From contig CAMCAZ010000001.1 in assembly GCA_945872795.1 (NCBI GenBank), positions 56,085 through 120,084 on the forward strand: 64,000 nt of DNA, in the 5' to 3' direction. The stretch is from Chryseobacterium gleum. Lineage in GTDB: Bacteria > Bacteroidota > Bacteroidia > Flavobacteriales_F > PHOS-HE28. A program made the position numbers and the translations under genes. Positions 1 through 7,695 of the stretch are shown here, piece after piece. The notes under the pieces are model-generated. The model searched no databases, was not told the origin of the DNA, and was given only the letters and a program-made list of their open reading frames with translations. Each line of letters opens with the position of its first letter. Position 1 is the stretch's first letter.

Positions 1-1001
1 TCGCCGATCTGCACATCCCCATCCGTGGGCTCCACCCGGGCCGATGCCATGGGGAATGGCCGCCCGATGGGGACGACACCTTCCTCTTCGAAGGGTGCGG
101 TGATGGGGTGCTCCAGAATGGCGATGGTGGCCTCCGTGGGACCATAGAGGTTGGTGATCGAACTGTTCGGCGCGGCGAGCGACCAGGCCTTCACATCGGG
201 CCAACGCAGGGCCTCCCCACAGAAGAAGGAGCGCCGGATGGTGGGGAACGCTCCGCCTTTCAGTGCACGCATACGATGCAGGAGCGCGATGACCGATGGC
301 ACCGAGAACCACACGGTGACCCCTTCCTCCTGAACGTACGCGGACAGGCGCAGGGCGTTGTCATCCGCGGGAACGCACAGGCAGGCGCCACTGCCCCAGC
401 ACACGAACAGGTCATGAACGCTCAGGTCGAATCCCAGGCTGAACAACTGTGTGCAGCGGTCCTCCACTTGGATGTCCCAGGTCGCCAGGGCGTGCTCCAG
501 GTAGGCCGAAACGTGCGAGCGACCCACGGGAACACCCTTGGGGCCGCCTGTGCTACCGGAGGTGAACATGACATAGGCCTCCTGGCCAGGCACCGGGCCA
601 CCACGTGCCGGACCCGAACGTTCGTTGAGGGGTAGGTCGAACAGTGATCGCAGGCGTTCATGCTGCTCGGCCGGGGCGACCAGGCCCGATGCCGCAGCCT
701 GTTGCAGGCATTGCTGCCAGCGCTCGGGCGGGTGGTCGGGGTGCAGGGGCACATAGGAACGACCACTGTACAGTATGCCGAGCACGCCGGCATAGCTCGT
801 GACGGAACGTATGCCCAGTAGCCCCACACGCGAAGCCGGGGGAAGCGCAGAATCACACCAGTGGGCAACGGCCAAGGCCTCGGCATGTAGTTGGGCATAG
901 CTCCATGTGCGACCATCCACCCGCAGCGCAGGACGGTCCGGCCAGCGGACAAGGGCCCGTTCAAAGACGGCCCAAGGGTCGAATGGTGCAAAGGTGCTCA
1001 C
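1..1001 (-). CDS. adenylate-forming enzyme (AMP-binding / amino-acid-adenylation-like domain); N-terminal ~333 aa only, 3' end lies outside the window
   Basis: Not in the ORF track because it runs off the window start. Reading the minus strand in the frame with plus-strand codon triplets at 3-5, 6-8 and so on, I get ...YVMFTSGSTGGPKGV... (about 567-525; the TSGSTGxPKG ATP/AMP signature). The same frame gives ...GILYSGRSYVPLHP... and ...ITNLYGPTEATIAIL... (about 159-115; the YGPTE motif). This frame is open from an in-frame stop (tca at 1086-1088) down to base 1. The likely start is GTG at 1001-999, forming a GTGA overlap with the stop of the upstream gene. Confidence 0.7.
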   Translation of the reverse strand, partial: MSTFAPFDPWAVFERALVRWPDRPALRVDGRTWSYAQLHAEALAVAHWCDSALPPASRVGLLGIRSVTSYAGVLGILYSGRSYVPLHPDHPPERWQQCLQQAAASGLVAPAEQHERLRSLFDLPLNERSGPARGGPVPGQEAYVMFTSGSTGGPKGVPVGRSHVSAYLEHALATWDIQVEDRCTQLFSLGFDLSVHDLFVCWGSGACLCVPADDNALRLSAYVQEEGVTVWFSVPSVIALLHRMRALKGGAFPTIRRSFFCGEALRWPDVKAWSLAAPNSSITNLYGPTEATIAILEHPITAPFEEEGVVPIGRPFPMASARVEPTDGDVQIG

Positions 1002-1003
1002 GA

Positions 1004-2179
1004 TCAGAACCGGGGCAGGTGGCCTTCCACACAAAGCAACGCATCGGCGAAGTACTTCTGTGCCCAGTTGGGGAAAGCGAATTTCTCATAGCGGCCCCAA
1101 AGCGGATATGAACCGGTGACCCCGCCCAGTGCTCCGGACGGCCCCACGTCTGAAAGGCGCTGTACAGCCATTAACCACTGCACCATCGCAGAGGTACCTT
1201 GGGAATAACGCTCCTCGCCTGTGATCCGGGCCAGACGCGACCATACGATGGCCAGTTGCGCACAGCCCGTGGTGATGGAGGATTCACTTCCCCGCCAACG
1301 ACCGTCGTACCGACCTGCCGTACGCCCCTCTTTCTGGAAACGGACCAGCAGGGCATCGGCAGCCTTCTTCGCAGCCCACAGATACCGTTCATCCTTCGTG
1401 TATCCGTAAGCCTCCAGCAGGCCGTCCAACGTATAGGCGATCGTATGGGTGATCGGTCGGTCGTTGTGCTTGATCGTATTGTCCGCATTCGCGAACCAGC
1501 CATTGGGCTGCTGGCAGCTGAGCACCCATTCCAGGTTGAGCACGGCGGCGCGGCGATAGCCCAGGTCACCCGTGAGCTCGCTCAAATGGAGCAGAGGGGC
1601 GTCCACATAACTGTCGTAGACCCGTGAGGCGCCAAGGAAATTATGCCTCGCCCAGGATCCGTCCTGTTCCTGCACCGAAACGATCCAATCACCGGCCATC
1701 CGGGCCGAGGCCAGGTGCGCGGGTGCATTCCACTGCGCGTAGATCGCCAACATCCCCCGGATCACCTGGGCCGTGTTGAACACGATAGACGGCCTGTCCT
1801 CTCCCACCCGTCCACCCTGCCAGCCGCCATCGGGACGTTGGATAGAGCACAACCAGTCCGCAGCGCGGCGTGCACGATCGTTGAGTTCGGGCCTGGCCAA
1901 CACCTCGGCGGCCAGAATGAAGGTGGGGATGATATAGCCCGTGGTCTCCGGATAGGACGCGCCATGGCCCTTCACCAGATGAAAACTACCGAACCCGGCA
2001 TCCGGACCGTGGTCCTGACAACGGCACAAGTGGTCGATCACATCAGCGAGCGATCGGCGAACTTCCTGCAATGGACGCGGCTGAAGACCGGTACCATGCG
2101 CCATGACCAAGGTACGGGACGGGGCGGTGGAAAGCGCTACCGCGAAGGAAGAGGCATACTCCAGTGCTGAACGGATCAC
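1004..2179 (-). CDS. alpha/alpha-toroid protein with prenyltransferase / squalene-cyclase-type (QW / PFTB) repeats
   Basis: 391-aa ORF. It has two perfect QW motifs of the form [W][LIV]x3Qx3GxW (WLCSIQRPDGGW and WIVSVQEQDGSW) and a third variant (WVLSCQQPNGWF), spaced about 50 aa apart. There is a PFTB-like DGGWQGG...IVFNTAQVIRGMLAI repeat. I saw no DxDD or DDxxD motif. The GTG start overlaps the wecB stop (GTGA at 2176-2179). Confidence 0.6.
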   Translation of the reverse strand: MIRSALEYASSFAVALSTAPSRTLVMAHGTGLQPRPLQEVRRSLADVIDHLCRCQDHGPDAGFGSFHLVKGHGASYPETTGYIIPTFILAAEVLARPELNDRARRAADWLCSIQRPDGGWQGGRVGEDRPSIVFNTAQVIRGMLAIYAQWNAPAHLASARMAGDWIVSVQEQDGSWARHNFLGASRVYDSYVDAPLLHLSELTGDLGYRRAAVLNLEWVLSCQQPNGWFANADNTIKHNDRPITHTIAYTLDGLLEAYGYTKDERYLWAAKKAADALLVRFQKEGRTAGRYDGRWRGSESSITTGCAQLAIVWSRLARITGEERYSQGTSAMVQWLMAVQRLSDVGPSGALGGVTGSYPLWGRYEKFAFPNWAQKYFADALLCVEGHLPRF

Positions 2180-3330
2180 CGGAAACGAAGGAGTTGTGTG
2201 CAGATGTGCTCAGCGGCACGGCCATCGCCAAAGAGCGGAGGACAAGGGGGAGCGCCATCGCGCAGGAAACGGTCCGCAGCGTCCCTGATCCACTCCGGTT
2301 CAGCATCGGCCAACACGGCCTGTCCACGCTCCACCAGTTCCACCCACTCGGTCTCGGGGCGCAGGATCACACATGGACGTCCCACGAAGTATGCTTCCTT
2401 CTGTACCCCTCCGCTATCCGTCAACACCAGGCGCGCATTGCTCTCCAGGGCGATCATATCGAGGAATCCGGCAGGTGGGATGAGATGCAGCCCCGGGGTC
2501 TGCAACAATGCCTGGCGTACCTCGGGTGACAAAAGGCTGTCCATCATCTTCCGGGTACGCGGGTGCAGGGGCAGCACCACGTCCAGGCCGTGCGCCCGGT
2601 GCAATTCGAGGAGCGCCCTGAAAATGGCGTTCAAGCGCTCGCCGACGTCCGTGTTGGCGTCACGGTGTACGGTGGCCAAGACGTATTCCTTCCCCTCCAG
2701 CCCCAAGTGGGCCAGCAGGGTGGAGCGCTCGGCCGCCCGTGTCGCGAAGTGGAGCGTGTTATCGAACATCACATCACCGCACTGCACCACGTGGGGATGA
2801 TCCATGGTCGGCGGATGGGAAACATCCGTACTGAAGCCTTCCCGGTGTAGGTTGTTCACTGCCGTGTCCGTCGGACAGAACAGCCAGGTGCTGCAGTGAT
2901 CGCAGACGATCCTGTTCAGCTCCTCCGGCATCCGTTTGTTGAAGGACCGGAGCCCAGCCTCGATGTGGGCCACCGGGACCTGCAGCTTGGAGGCCGCAAG
3001 GGCACCGGCCAGTGTGCTATTGGTATCGCCGTACAGCACCACCACATCATGTTCCCTGCGCAGCAGCACCTGCTCGATGCCTTCGATCATCCGTGCCGTG
3101 GTGGCCCCATGTTGGCCGCTACCTGTGTGCAGGTTGATGTCCGCTGCAGGGATGCCCAGCTCGTCGAAGAACACCTGGCTCATGTTGGCATCGTAGTGCT
3201 GGCCGGTGTGCAGCAGGGTCTCCTCGAGCTGCCCCTTGTACGGACCACGCACGGCTCGGCTCAGGGCGGCGGCCTTGATGATCTGCGGACGAGCGCCGAT
3301 GATGGTGAGGAGGCGGAGCGGTCGGTCCAT
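2176..3330 (-). CDS. wecB: UDP-N-acetylglucosamine 2-epimerase (non-hydrolysing)
   Basis: 384 aa; the N-terminus LLTIIGARPQIIKAAAL...HTGQHYD...MSQVFFDELGIP is typical of WecB/MnaA. ATG confirmed at 3330-3328. Confidence 0.9.
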   Translation of the reverse strand: MDRPLRLLTIIGARPQIIKAAALSRAVRGPYKGQLEETLLHTGQHYDANMSQVFFDELGIPAADINLHTGSGQHGATTARMIEGIEQVLLRREHDVVVLYGDTNSTLAGALAASKLQVPVAHIEAGLRSFNKRMPEELNRIVCDHCSTWLFCPTDTAVNNLHREGFSTDVSHPPTMDHPHVVQCGDVMFDNTLHFATRAAERSTLLAHLGLEGKEYVLATVHRDANTDVGERLNAIFRALLELHRAHGLDVVLPLHPRTRKMMDSLLSPEVRQALLQTPGLHLIPPAGFLDMIALESNARLVLTDSGGVQKEAYFVGRPCVILRPETEWVELVERGQAVLADAEPEWIRDAADRFLRDGAPPCPPLFGDGRAAEHICTQLLRFR

Positions 3331-3332
3331 GA

Positions 3333-4064
3333 TCAGTGAAGTATACCGTTATCTGCAAAACTGTAATAACCCTGGTCCGTGATGATCAGGTGGTCATGCA
3401 CTTGGATGTCCAGCAGACGCCCTCCTTCCACCAGCTTTCGGGTCAGGCGGATGTCCTCCTCGCTGGGCCGCAGTTGACCACTGGGGTGATTGTGACAGAG
3501 AACAATGGACGATGCCCGGCGGTCCAGCGCTTCCTTGAAGATGATCTTGGGGTCGGCCACGGTACCGTGCATGCCTCCACGGCTCACGTGGCACCGGTCC
3601 AGCATCCGGTTGCCACGGTCCAGGGCGATGATCCAGAACTCCTCATGGGATAGGTCAGCGAAGAGGTGACGCACCAGATCAAAGGCCGATGCGCTGGACA
3701 CGACCGATGGCCGCTCAGCGGGCTCGGATTCCTTCCTTCGCCGACCAAGCTCCAGGGCCGCCACGATACCGATGGCCTTGGCCTCGCCCATCCCGTTGAA
3801 GCGGGTGAGATCGCCCAAGCTCAGGCGCCCGAGCTTGTGGAGGTCATCCCCTGCCCGCAGGAGAATGTCACGGGAAAGGTCGAGAGCGCTTTGCTTCACA
3901 CTTCCTGAGCGTATCAGGATGGCAAGGAGCTCCGCGTTGGACAAGGCCCCGGCACCCAGGCGCATGAGCTTCTCGCGGGGGCGGTCATCCTCTGACCACT
4001 CCCGCATGCTGCGTTTGGACGATTCCGTCCCGTCATTCGTTCCAGTTTCCAAGGGCCGATCCAT
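3333..4064 (-). CDS. radC: RadC-family JAB-domain protein (UPF0758)
   Basis: 243 aa; helix-hairpin-helix N-terminal part (NAELLAILIRSG) and a JAMM/JAB core (HNHPSG...SEEDIRLTRKL). ATG at 4064-4062. Confidence 0.85.
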   Translation of the reverse strand: MDRPLETGTNDGTESSKRSMREWSEDDRPREKLMRLGAGALSNAELLAILIRSGSVKQSALDLSRDILLRAGDDLHKLGRLSLGDLTRFNGMGEAKAIGIVAALELGRRRKESEPAERPSVVSSASAFDLVRHLFADLSHEEFWIIALDRGNRMLDRCHVSRGGMHGTVADPKIIFKEALDRRASSIVLCHNHPSGQLRPSEEDIRLTRKLVEGGRLLDIQVHDHLIITDQGYYSFADNGILH

Positions 4065-4070
4065 GGGGTG

Positions 4071-4101
4071 CCAAAAAGAACAGGTCCCCGAGAGGACCTG
4101 T
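4071..4101 (-). terminator. rho-independent terminator of rpsT
   Basis: Perfect 8-bp inverted repeat acaggtcc (4079-4086) / ggacctgt (4094-4101) with a 7-nt loop. On the minus strand it is followed by a T-run (TCTTTTTGG, complement of 4071-4079). Confidence 0.7.
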
Positions 4102-4123
4102 CCAAGATAGTCGATCGAACGGC

Positions 4124-4378
4124 TTACTTCAGGCCGTTGACGTGCAACTTCGCGGATGACTTCAAGTTAGCCGCCTTGTTCTTGTGGATGATGTTCCGCT
4201 TGGCCAGCTTGTCCAACATGGAGGTCACCTCGGGCAGCAACTTCTCCGCCTCCTTCTTATCGGTGGTGGCGCGCAGGGCACGGACCGCATTACGCGTGGT
4301 CTTGTGCTGATAGCGGTTGCGATCATTGCGGGTCTCGGTCTGGCGGACGCGCTTCAGGGCTGACTTGTGGTTGGCCAT
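4124..4378 (-). CDS. rpsT: 30S ribosomal protein S20
   Basis: [27 protein letters not shown]...; the listed ORF (to 4414) carries 12 extra N-terminal residues, so the true start is probably the internal ATG at 4378. Confidence 0.85.
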   Translation of the reverse strand: MANHKSALKRVRQTETRNDRNRYQHKTTRNAVRALRATTDKKEAEKLLPEVTSMLDKLAKRNIIHKNKAANLKSSAKLHVNGLK

Positions 4379-4405
4379 GTCTTCTTGTGTTCCTTCCCCG
4401 GAAAG

Positions 4406-4419
4406 GGACGGCAAATATA
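4406..4419 (-). promoter_or_regulatory. Bacteroidetes-type sigma-A -7 element (TATATTTG) with conserved downstream CCGTCCC; predicted rpsT promoter
   Basis: The reverse complement of caaatata (4412-4419) is TATATTTG, matching the TAnnTTTG consensus. The 14-nt string aagggacggcaaat (4403-4416) is identical to the one upstream of tRNA-Glu (20153-20166). Confidence 0.5.
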
Positions 4420-4493
4420 GAACTCTTTATTGTGAACCACGCTCCCGTGAAAAGAAATGGCTTTGAGAGCGCGCGGCGATGGGCATCCGGACC

Positions 4494-5642
4494 TTAATAG
4501 GCCTTCTCGTCCTTTCCGAACATGTTGGTCACGGTCTTCACCACGATCTTGAGGTCAAGCCAGAACGACCAGTTCTCCAAGTACCACACGTCCAGTTCCA
4601 CGCGGCGCTCCATCAGTTCAGGGGTCTGGGTCTCGCCCCGCAGGCCGTTCACTTGGGCCCAGCCGGTGATACCGGGCCGGACGAAGTGGCGGACCATGTA
4701 CTTGTCGATGATATCCCGGTACTGCTCGTTGAGGCGAAGTGGGTGCGGACGGGGACCCACGATGCTCATGTGCCCGAACAGCACATTGAAGAACTGCGGC
4801 ATCTCGTCCAGGTTGCTCTTGCGCAGGAAGCGTCCCACGGCAGTGACGCGCGGGTCGTTCTTGGTGGCCTGCTTGGAATCGGCCTCCTTGTTCATGCGCA
4901 TGCTGCGGAACTTCCAGCAGACGAACTGCTCGTTGTCCTTGCCCAAACGGACCTGCTTGAAGAACACCGGGCCGCGGCCGGAAAGTTTGACCAGCAAAGC
5001 CAGGATGGGGAACAGCCAGGTGAAGATGAACAGGATGACACCCAGGGAGAAGGTCACGTCAAAAGCGCGCTTGATGCGACGGCTGGAGGTGCTGTCCAAG
5101 GGCTCCTGACGGATCATGCTGACCGGGACCGCCCCGTGGAACTCGAGGCCGGAGGTCTTGACCACCGGAATGAAGCTGTCGGCACTGGGAATGACCCGGA
5201 AGCGAACCGTGTTGCGCTCACAGAACTCCATCAGCTCGGTGATGTCGCTCCTTCGCGTACCGGGAAGGGCGCAGTACACAATGTCGATGTGGTTCTGGAT
5301 GGCATAGGCCTTGGCTGCCTCCACATCCCCGATTCGGCGTGCGTTCAGCGGACCATCGATGGGGGTGTCGTTGAACACACCGCAGAAACGGTAGCCACGC
5401 ACGGTCTGGTCCTCACAATACTGGAAGATCTCCTCCGCGGCAGGACCATCACCCACGATGATGAGGTCCTTGACCGAGGTCAACGGCTCTAATGTCAATA
5501 CTTTGTTCAATCCGGTCTGCACGTTCTGGAAGGACATTCGTCCCGAGCGAAGCAAGGTAGAAAGTTCCGCGTTGAGTTCCGCACCGACCGCCGCCTTGCT
5601 CGGCATCCCCACTCCGGGTTCTGCGATGATGGTCCTCTCCAT
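4494..5642 (-). CDS. undecaprenyl-phosphate sugar phosphotransferase (bacterial sugar transferase / WbaP-CpsE-like; initiating transferase)
   Basis: C-terminal catalytic domain ...RFLRKSNLDEMPQFFNVLFGHMSIVGPRPHPL...PGITGWAQVNG; one TM segment; N-terminal Rossmann-like part (DLIIVGDGPAAEEI). The track start at 5708 is GTG; an ATG (MERTII) is confirmed at 5642-5640. Confidence 0.8.
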   Translation of the reverse strand: MERTIIAEPGVGMPSKAAVGAELNAELSTLLRSGRMSFQNVQTGLNKVLTLEPLTSVKDLIIVGDGPAAEEIFQYCEDQTVRGYRFCGVFNDTPIDGPLNARRIGDVEAAKAYAIQNHIDIVYCALPGTRRSDITELMEFCERNTVRFRVIPSADSFIPVVKTSGLEFHGAVPVSMIRQEPLDSTSSRRIKRAFDVTFSLGVILFIFTWLFPILALLVKLSGRGPVFFKQVRLGKDNEQFVCWKFRSMRMNKEADSKQATKNDPRVTAVGRFLRKSNLDEMPQFFNVLFGHMSIVGPRPHPLRLNEQYRDIIDKYMVRHFVRPGITGWAQVNGLRGETQTPELMERRVELDVWYLENWSFWLDLKIVVKTVTNMFGKDEKAY

Positions 5643-5888
5643 GGTGAAGGGTACGGTTGGTTTCCAATGACCTCTTTTTCGAGGAGGCTCAAATGTACCC
5701 TCGACCACCCTGAAATGTCAAGCTCGTCGATAAATATTAATGTTCCATCGACATTTTTCCTCCTTGAACCGACCATCGATGAGGTCATGGCGAGGAGGAT
5801 ACATCGCCCTTATCTGTTCATTTTCAGACCGTTAGGCATTCCAACCACCGGTCACCTGCTGATGATCGACGACGATCCGACGAAATGC

Positions 5889-6677
5889 TCACTTCACATC
5901 GGCTTGACGCTTGTCGAACAGCCGGCGGAAAACCTCGGCCGCCAGGAGAACGAGGAACTGCGTGTTCGTTACCAGGTAACGTCTCCAAAGGCGACGAGGC
6001 TCGAGCACGAAACGGTAAAGCCATTCCAAGGAAAGGTCGCGCATCCATCGGGGCGCCCGGGTGTCCACCCCGGCATAGAGCAGGAACGCACCCCCCAAAC
6101 CGAGCATCACCCCGTTCACACGTCCCTTCATGGCCGCCATCCAGCGCTCCTGCTTGGGGCAGCCCAGGGAGACCATGACGATCTGTGCGCCTGCGGCATT
6201 GATCCGTGCGGCCTCTGCATTCATGTCCAAACCGGACAGTGGGCCGAAGGGAGGTGCATGGGAGCCTGCGAAGTGGAGGGTCGGCCACTCGCGTGCAGCC
6301 CGGTCCCTGATCTTCTGCAGGGTATCCTCCGAACCGCCGTAGAGGAACACGCTCAGGCCTTGGGATGCCGCGCGTTCGAGCAGGGCAGGCAGGAGGTCGT
6401 TACCGGCCACACGCTGCTGCTTCACCTTGTGGAACCACTGGAGGACCTTCAGCACGGGCATGCCATCCGCAGTGGCCAGGTCGGCCGCGTTCACCACCGC
6501 TGCGAAGCCAGGATCCCGGCATTCCACGGTCATGTGGGCGTTCACGCAACAGACGTAGCTGGAACGGTGGGCCTGTGCTGCCTGTGCGATCGCTTCCACA
6601 TGTTCCGTGAAGGAACCCACGCTGATGTCCACGGTGAGCACTCTTCGCTTGGGCAACTGGCTGACCGAGCTGCTCAT
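5889..6677 (-). CDS. WecB/TagA/CpsF-family glycosyltransferase (N-acetylmannosaminyltransferase-like, GT26)
   Basis: 262 aa; ...VNAHMTVEC...ADGMPVLKVLQWF...LYGGSEDTLQ...VSLGCPKQERWM... is a typical GT26 pattern. The ATG at 6677 overlaps the epimerase stop (ATGA). Confidence 0.85.
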   Translation of the reverse strand: MSSSVSQLPKRRVLTVDISVGSFTEHVEAIAQAAQAHRSSYVCCVNAHMTVECRDPGFAAVVNAADLATADGMPVLKVLQWFHKVKQQRVAGNDLLPALLERAASQGLSVFLYGGSEDTLQKIRDRAAREWPTLHFAGSHAPPFGPLSGLDMNAEAARINAAGAQIVMVSLGCPKQERWMAAMKGRVNGVMLGLGGAFLLYAGVDTRAPRWMRDLSLEWLYRFVLEPRRLWRRYLVTNTQFLVLLAAEVFRRLFDKRQADVK

Positions 6678-7693
6678 GGGCCGGCCTTCTTGGGGAGACG
6701 GACATCAATGCGCGTCGGTGCCACGATCCGCTCGCTGCCACTGTCGTACCACTTGACCATCGCCTTCACACCGGCCTCGATGGACCAGGGCGCTTCGCCC
6801 AATGCGGCGATGGTGCCTTCCATCGGCGTGATGTAATCGCTGGTCATGCTGCGGAAACGGCCGCTGGTGATGGGGAACGGGATGCCGAGGGCCTTGAGCA
6901 CATCGCCGCCCCGGGCCACCGCACGGATGAGCGTCGTGGGGATGTAGCGCACGGCCCGACCGGTGAGCTCCTTGGAGACCGCCTCCACCCACACCTTCAG
7001 GTCGAACGGACGGTCGCCGACATAAAAGACCTTGCCGTCCACCACGCTGCGGGGAACCTCCAACATGCGTTCGATCTGCCAGACCACATTGCCCACATAG
7101 CCGTAGGAGCGGACCACACGCCCCTTTCCAGGATGAACATACAGGCCCTTGCGCATCACCTTGAACAGCACGTCGCGGTAGCGCAGTGACCAGGGGCCCC
7201 AGATGGTGGTGGGCCGGATGATCGTCCAGCTGCACGGCAGTCCGGCCTCACGCGTGACCATCTCCGTGCGGCGCTTGGATTCGCCGTAGACCGTGAACGG
7301 CTTGAAGTCCAAATCGTGTCTGGGCTGGTATCCCGCTTCACAAACGAACTGGGTGCTGGTGACCACGATGCGCTCCACTCCGGGACTGTTCTTCACCACT
7401 TCCAACAGGATGCGGGTACCCTCGTGGTTCTGTCGGTAGGCGTCCACATCCACCGGTTCGTCGGTATCCGTCCGTGCAGCGAGGTGCACCACGTGCGTGG
7501 GCTTGAATTCATCGAAGACCTTTTGCATTGCCGGTCCGTCCATGATGTCCACCTCTTTCCACCACTTGCGCTGCCCCGGATCCAGCGGAGGGTTCCAATC
7601 CAGATTGATCAGCTCCACGCCTTTGGCAGCCATGTGCTCCATGAAGTTGGTCCCGATGAACCCGGAACCACCAGTGACCAGTACACGCATCAT
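6674..7693 (-). CDS. NAD-dependent epimerase/dehydratase (SDR, extended)
   Basis: MMRVLVTGGSGFIGTNF... GxxGxxG Rossmann motif. The track start at 7699 is TTG; the ATG at 7693 sits 3 nt after the GT stop. Confidence 0.85.
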   Translation of the reverse strand: MMRVLVTGGSGFIGTNFMEHMAAKGVELINLDWNPPLDPGQRKWWKEVDIMDGPAMQKVFDEFKPTHVVHLAARTDTDEPVDVDAYRQNHEGTRILLEVVKNSPGVERIVVTSTQFVCEAGYQPRHDLDFKPFTVYGESKRRTEMVTREAGLPCSWTIIRPTTIWGPWSLRYRDVLFKVMRKGLYVHPGKGRVVRSYGYVGNVVWQIERMLEVPRSVVDGKVFYVGDRPFDLKVWVEAVSKELTGRAVRYIPTTLIRAVARGGDVLKALGIPFPITSGRFRSMTSDYITPMEGTIAALGEAPWSIEAGVKAMVKWYDSGSERIVAPTRIDVRLPKKAGP

Positions 7694-7695
7694 GC

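Noticed and set aside
108-991. Track ORFs 108..635 (+) and 422..991 (-) at the window start
   Set aside because: Neither is in the frame that yields the adenylation-domain motifs (TSGSTGGPKG, YGPTE). They are out-of-frame or antisense shadows typical of high-GC DNA. The real gene is the unlisted minus-strand frame that is open to base 1.
3333-4064. radC as a marker of an integrative/conjugative element
   Set aside because: RadC-like JAB proteins often travel with mobile elements, but here there is no integrase, relaxase, transposase or flanking repeats. The gene is tightly coupled to wecB, so I treat it as chromosomal.
5667-6836. 389-aa plus-strand ORF spanning the sugar-transferase/WecG intergenic region and the WecG gene
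   Set aside because: Antisense to the well-supported WecG/TagA gene. Its N-terminal part covers the AT-rich promoter island and its translation has no features.
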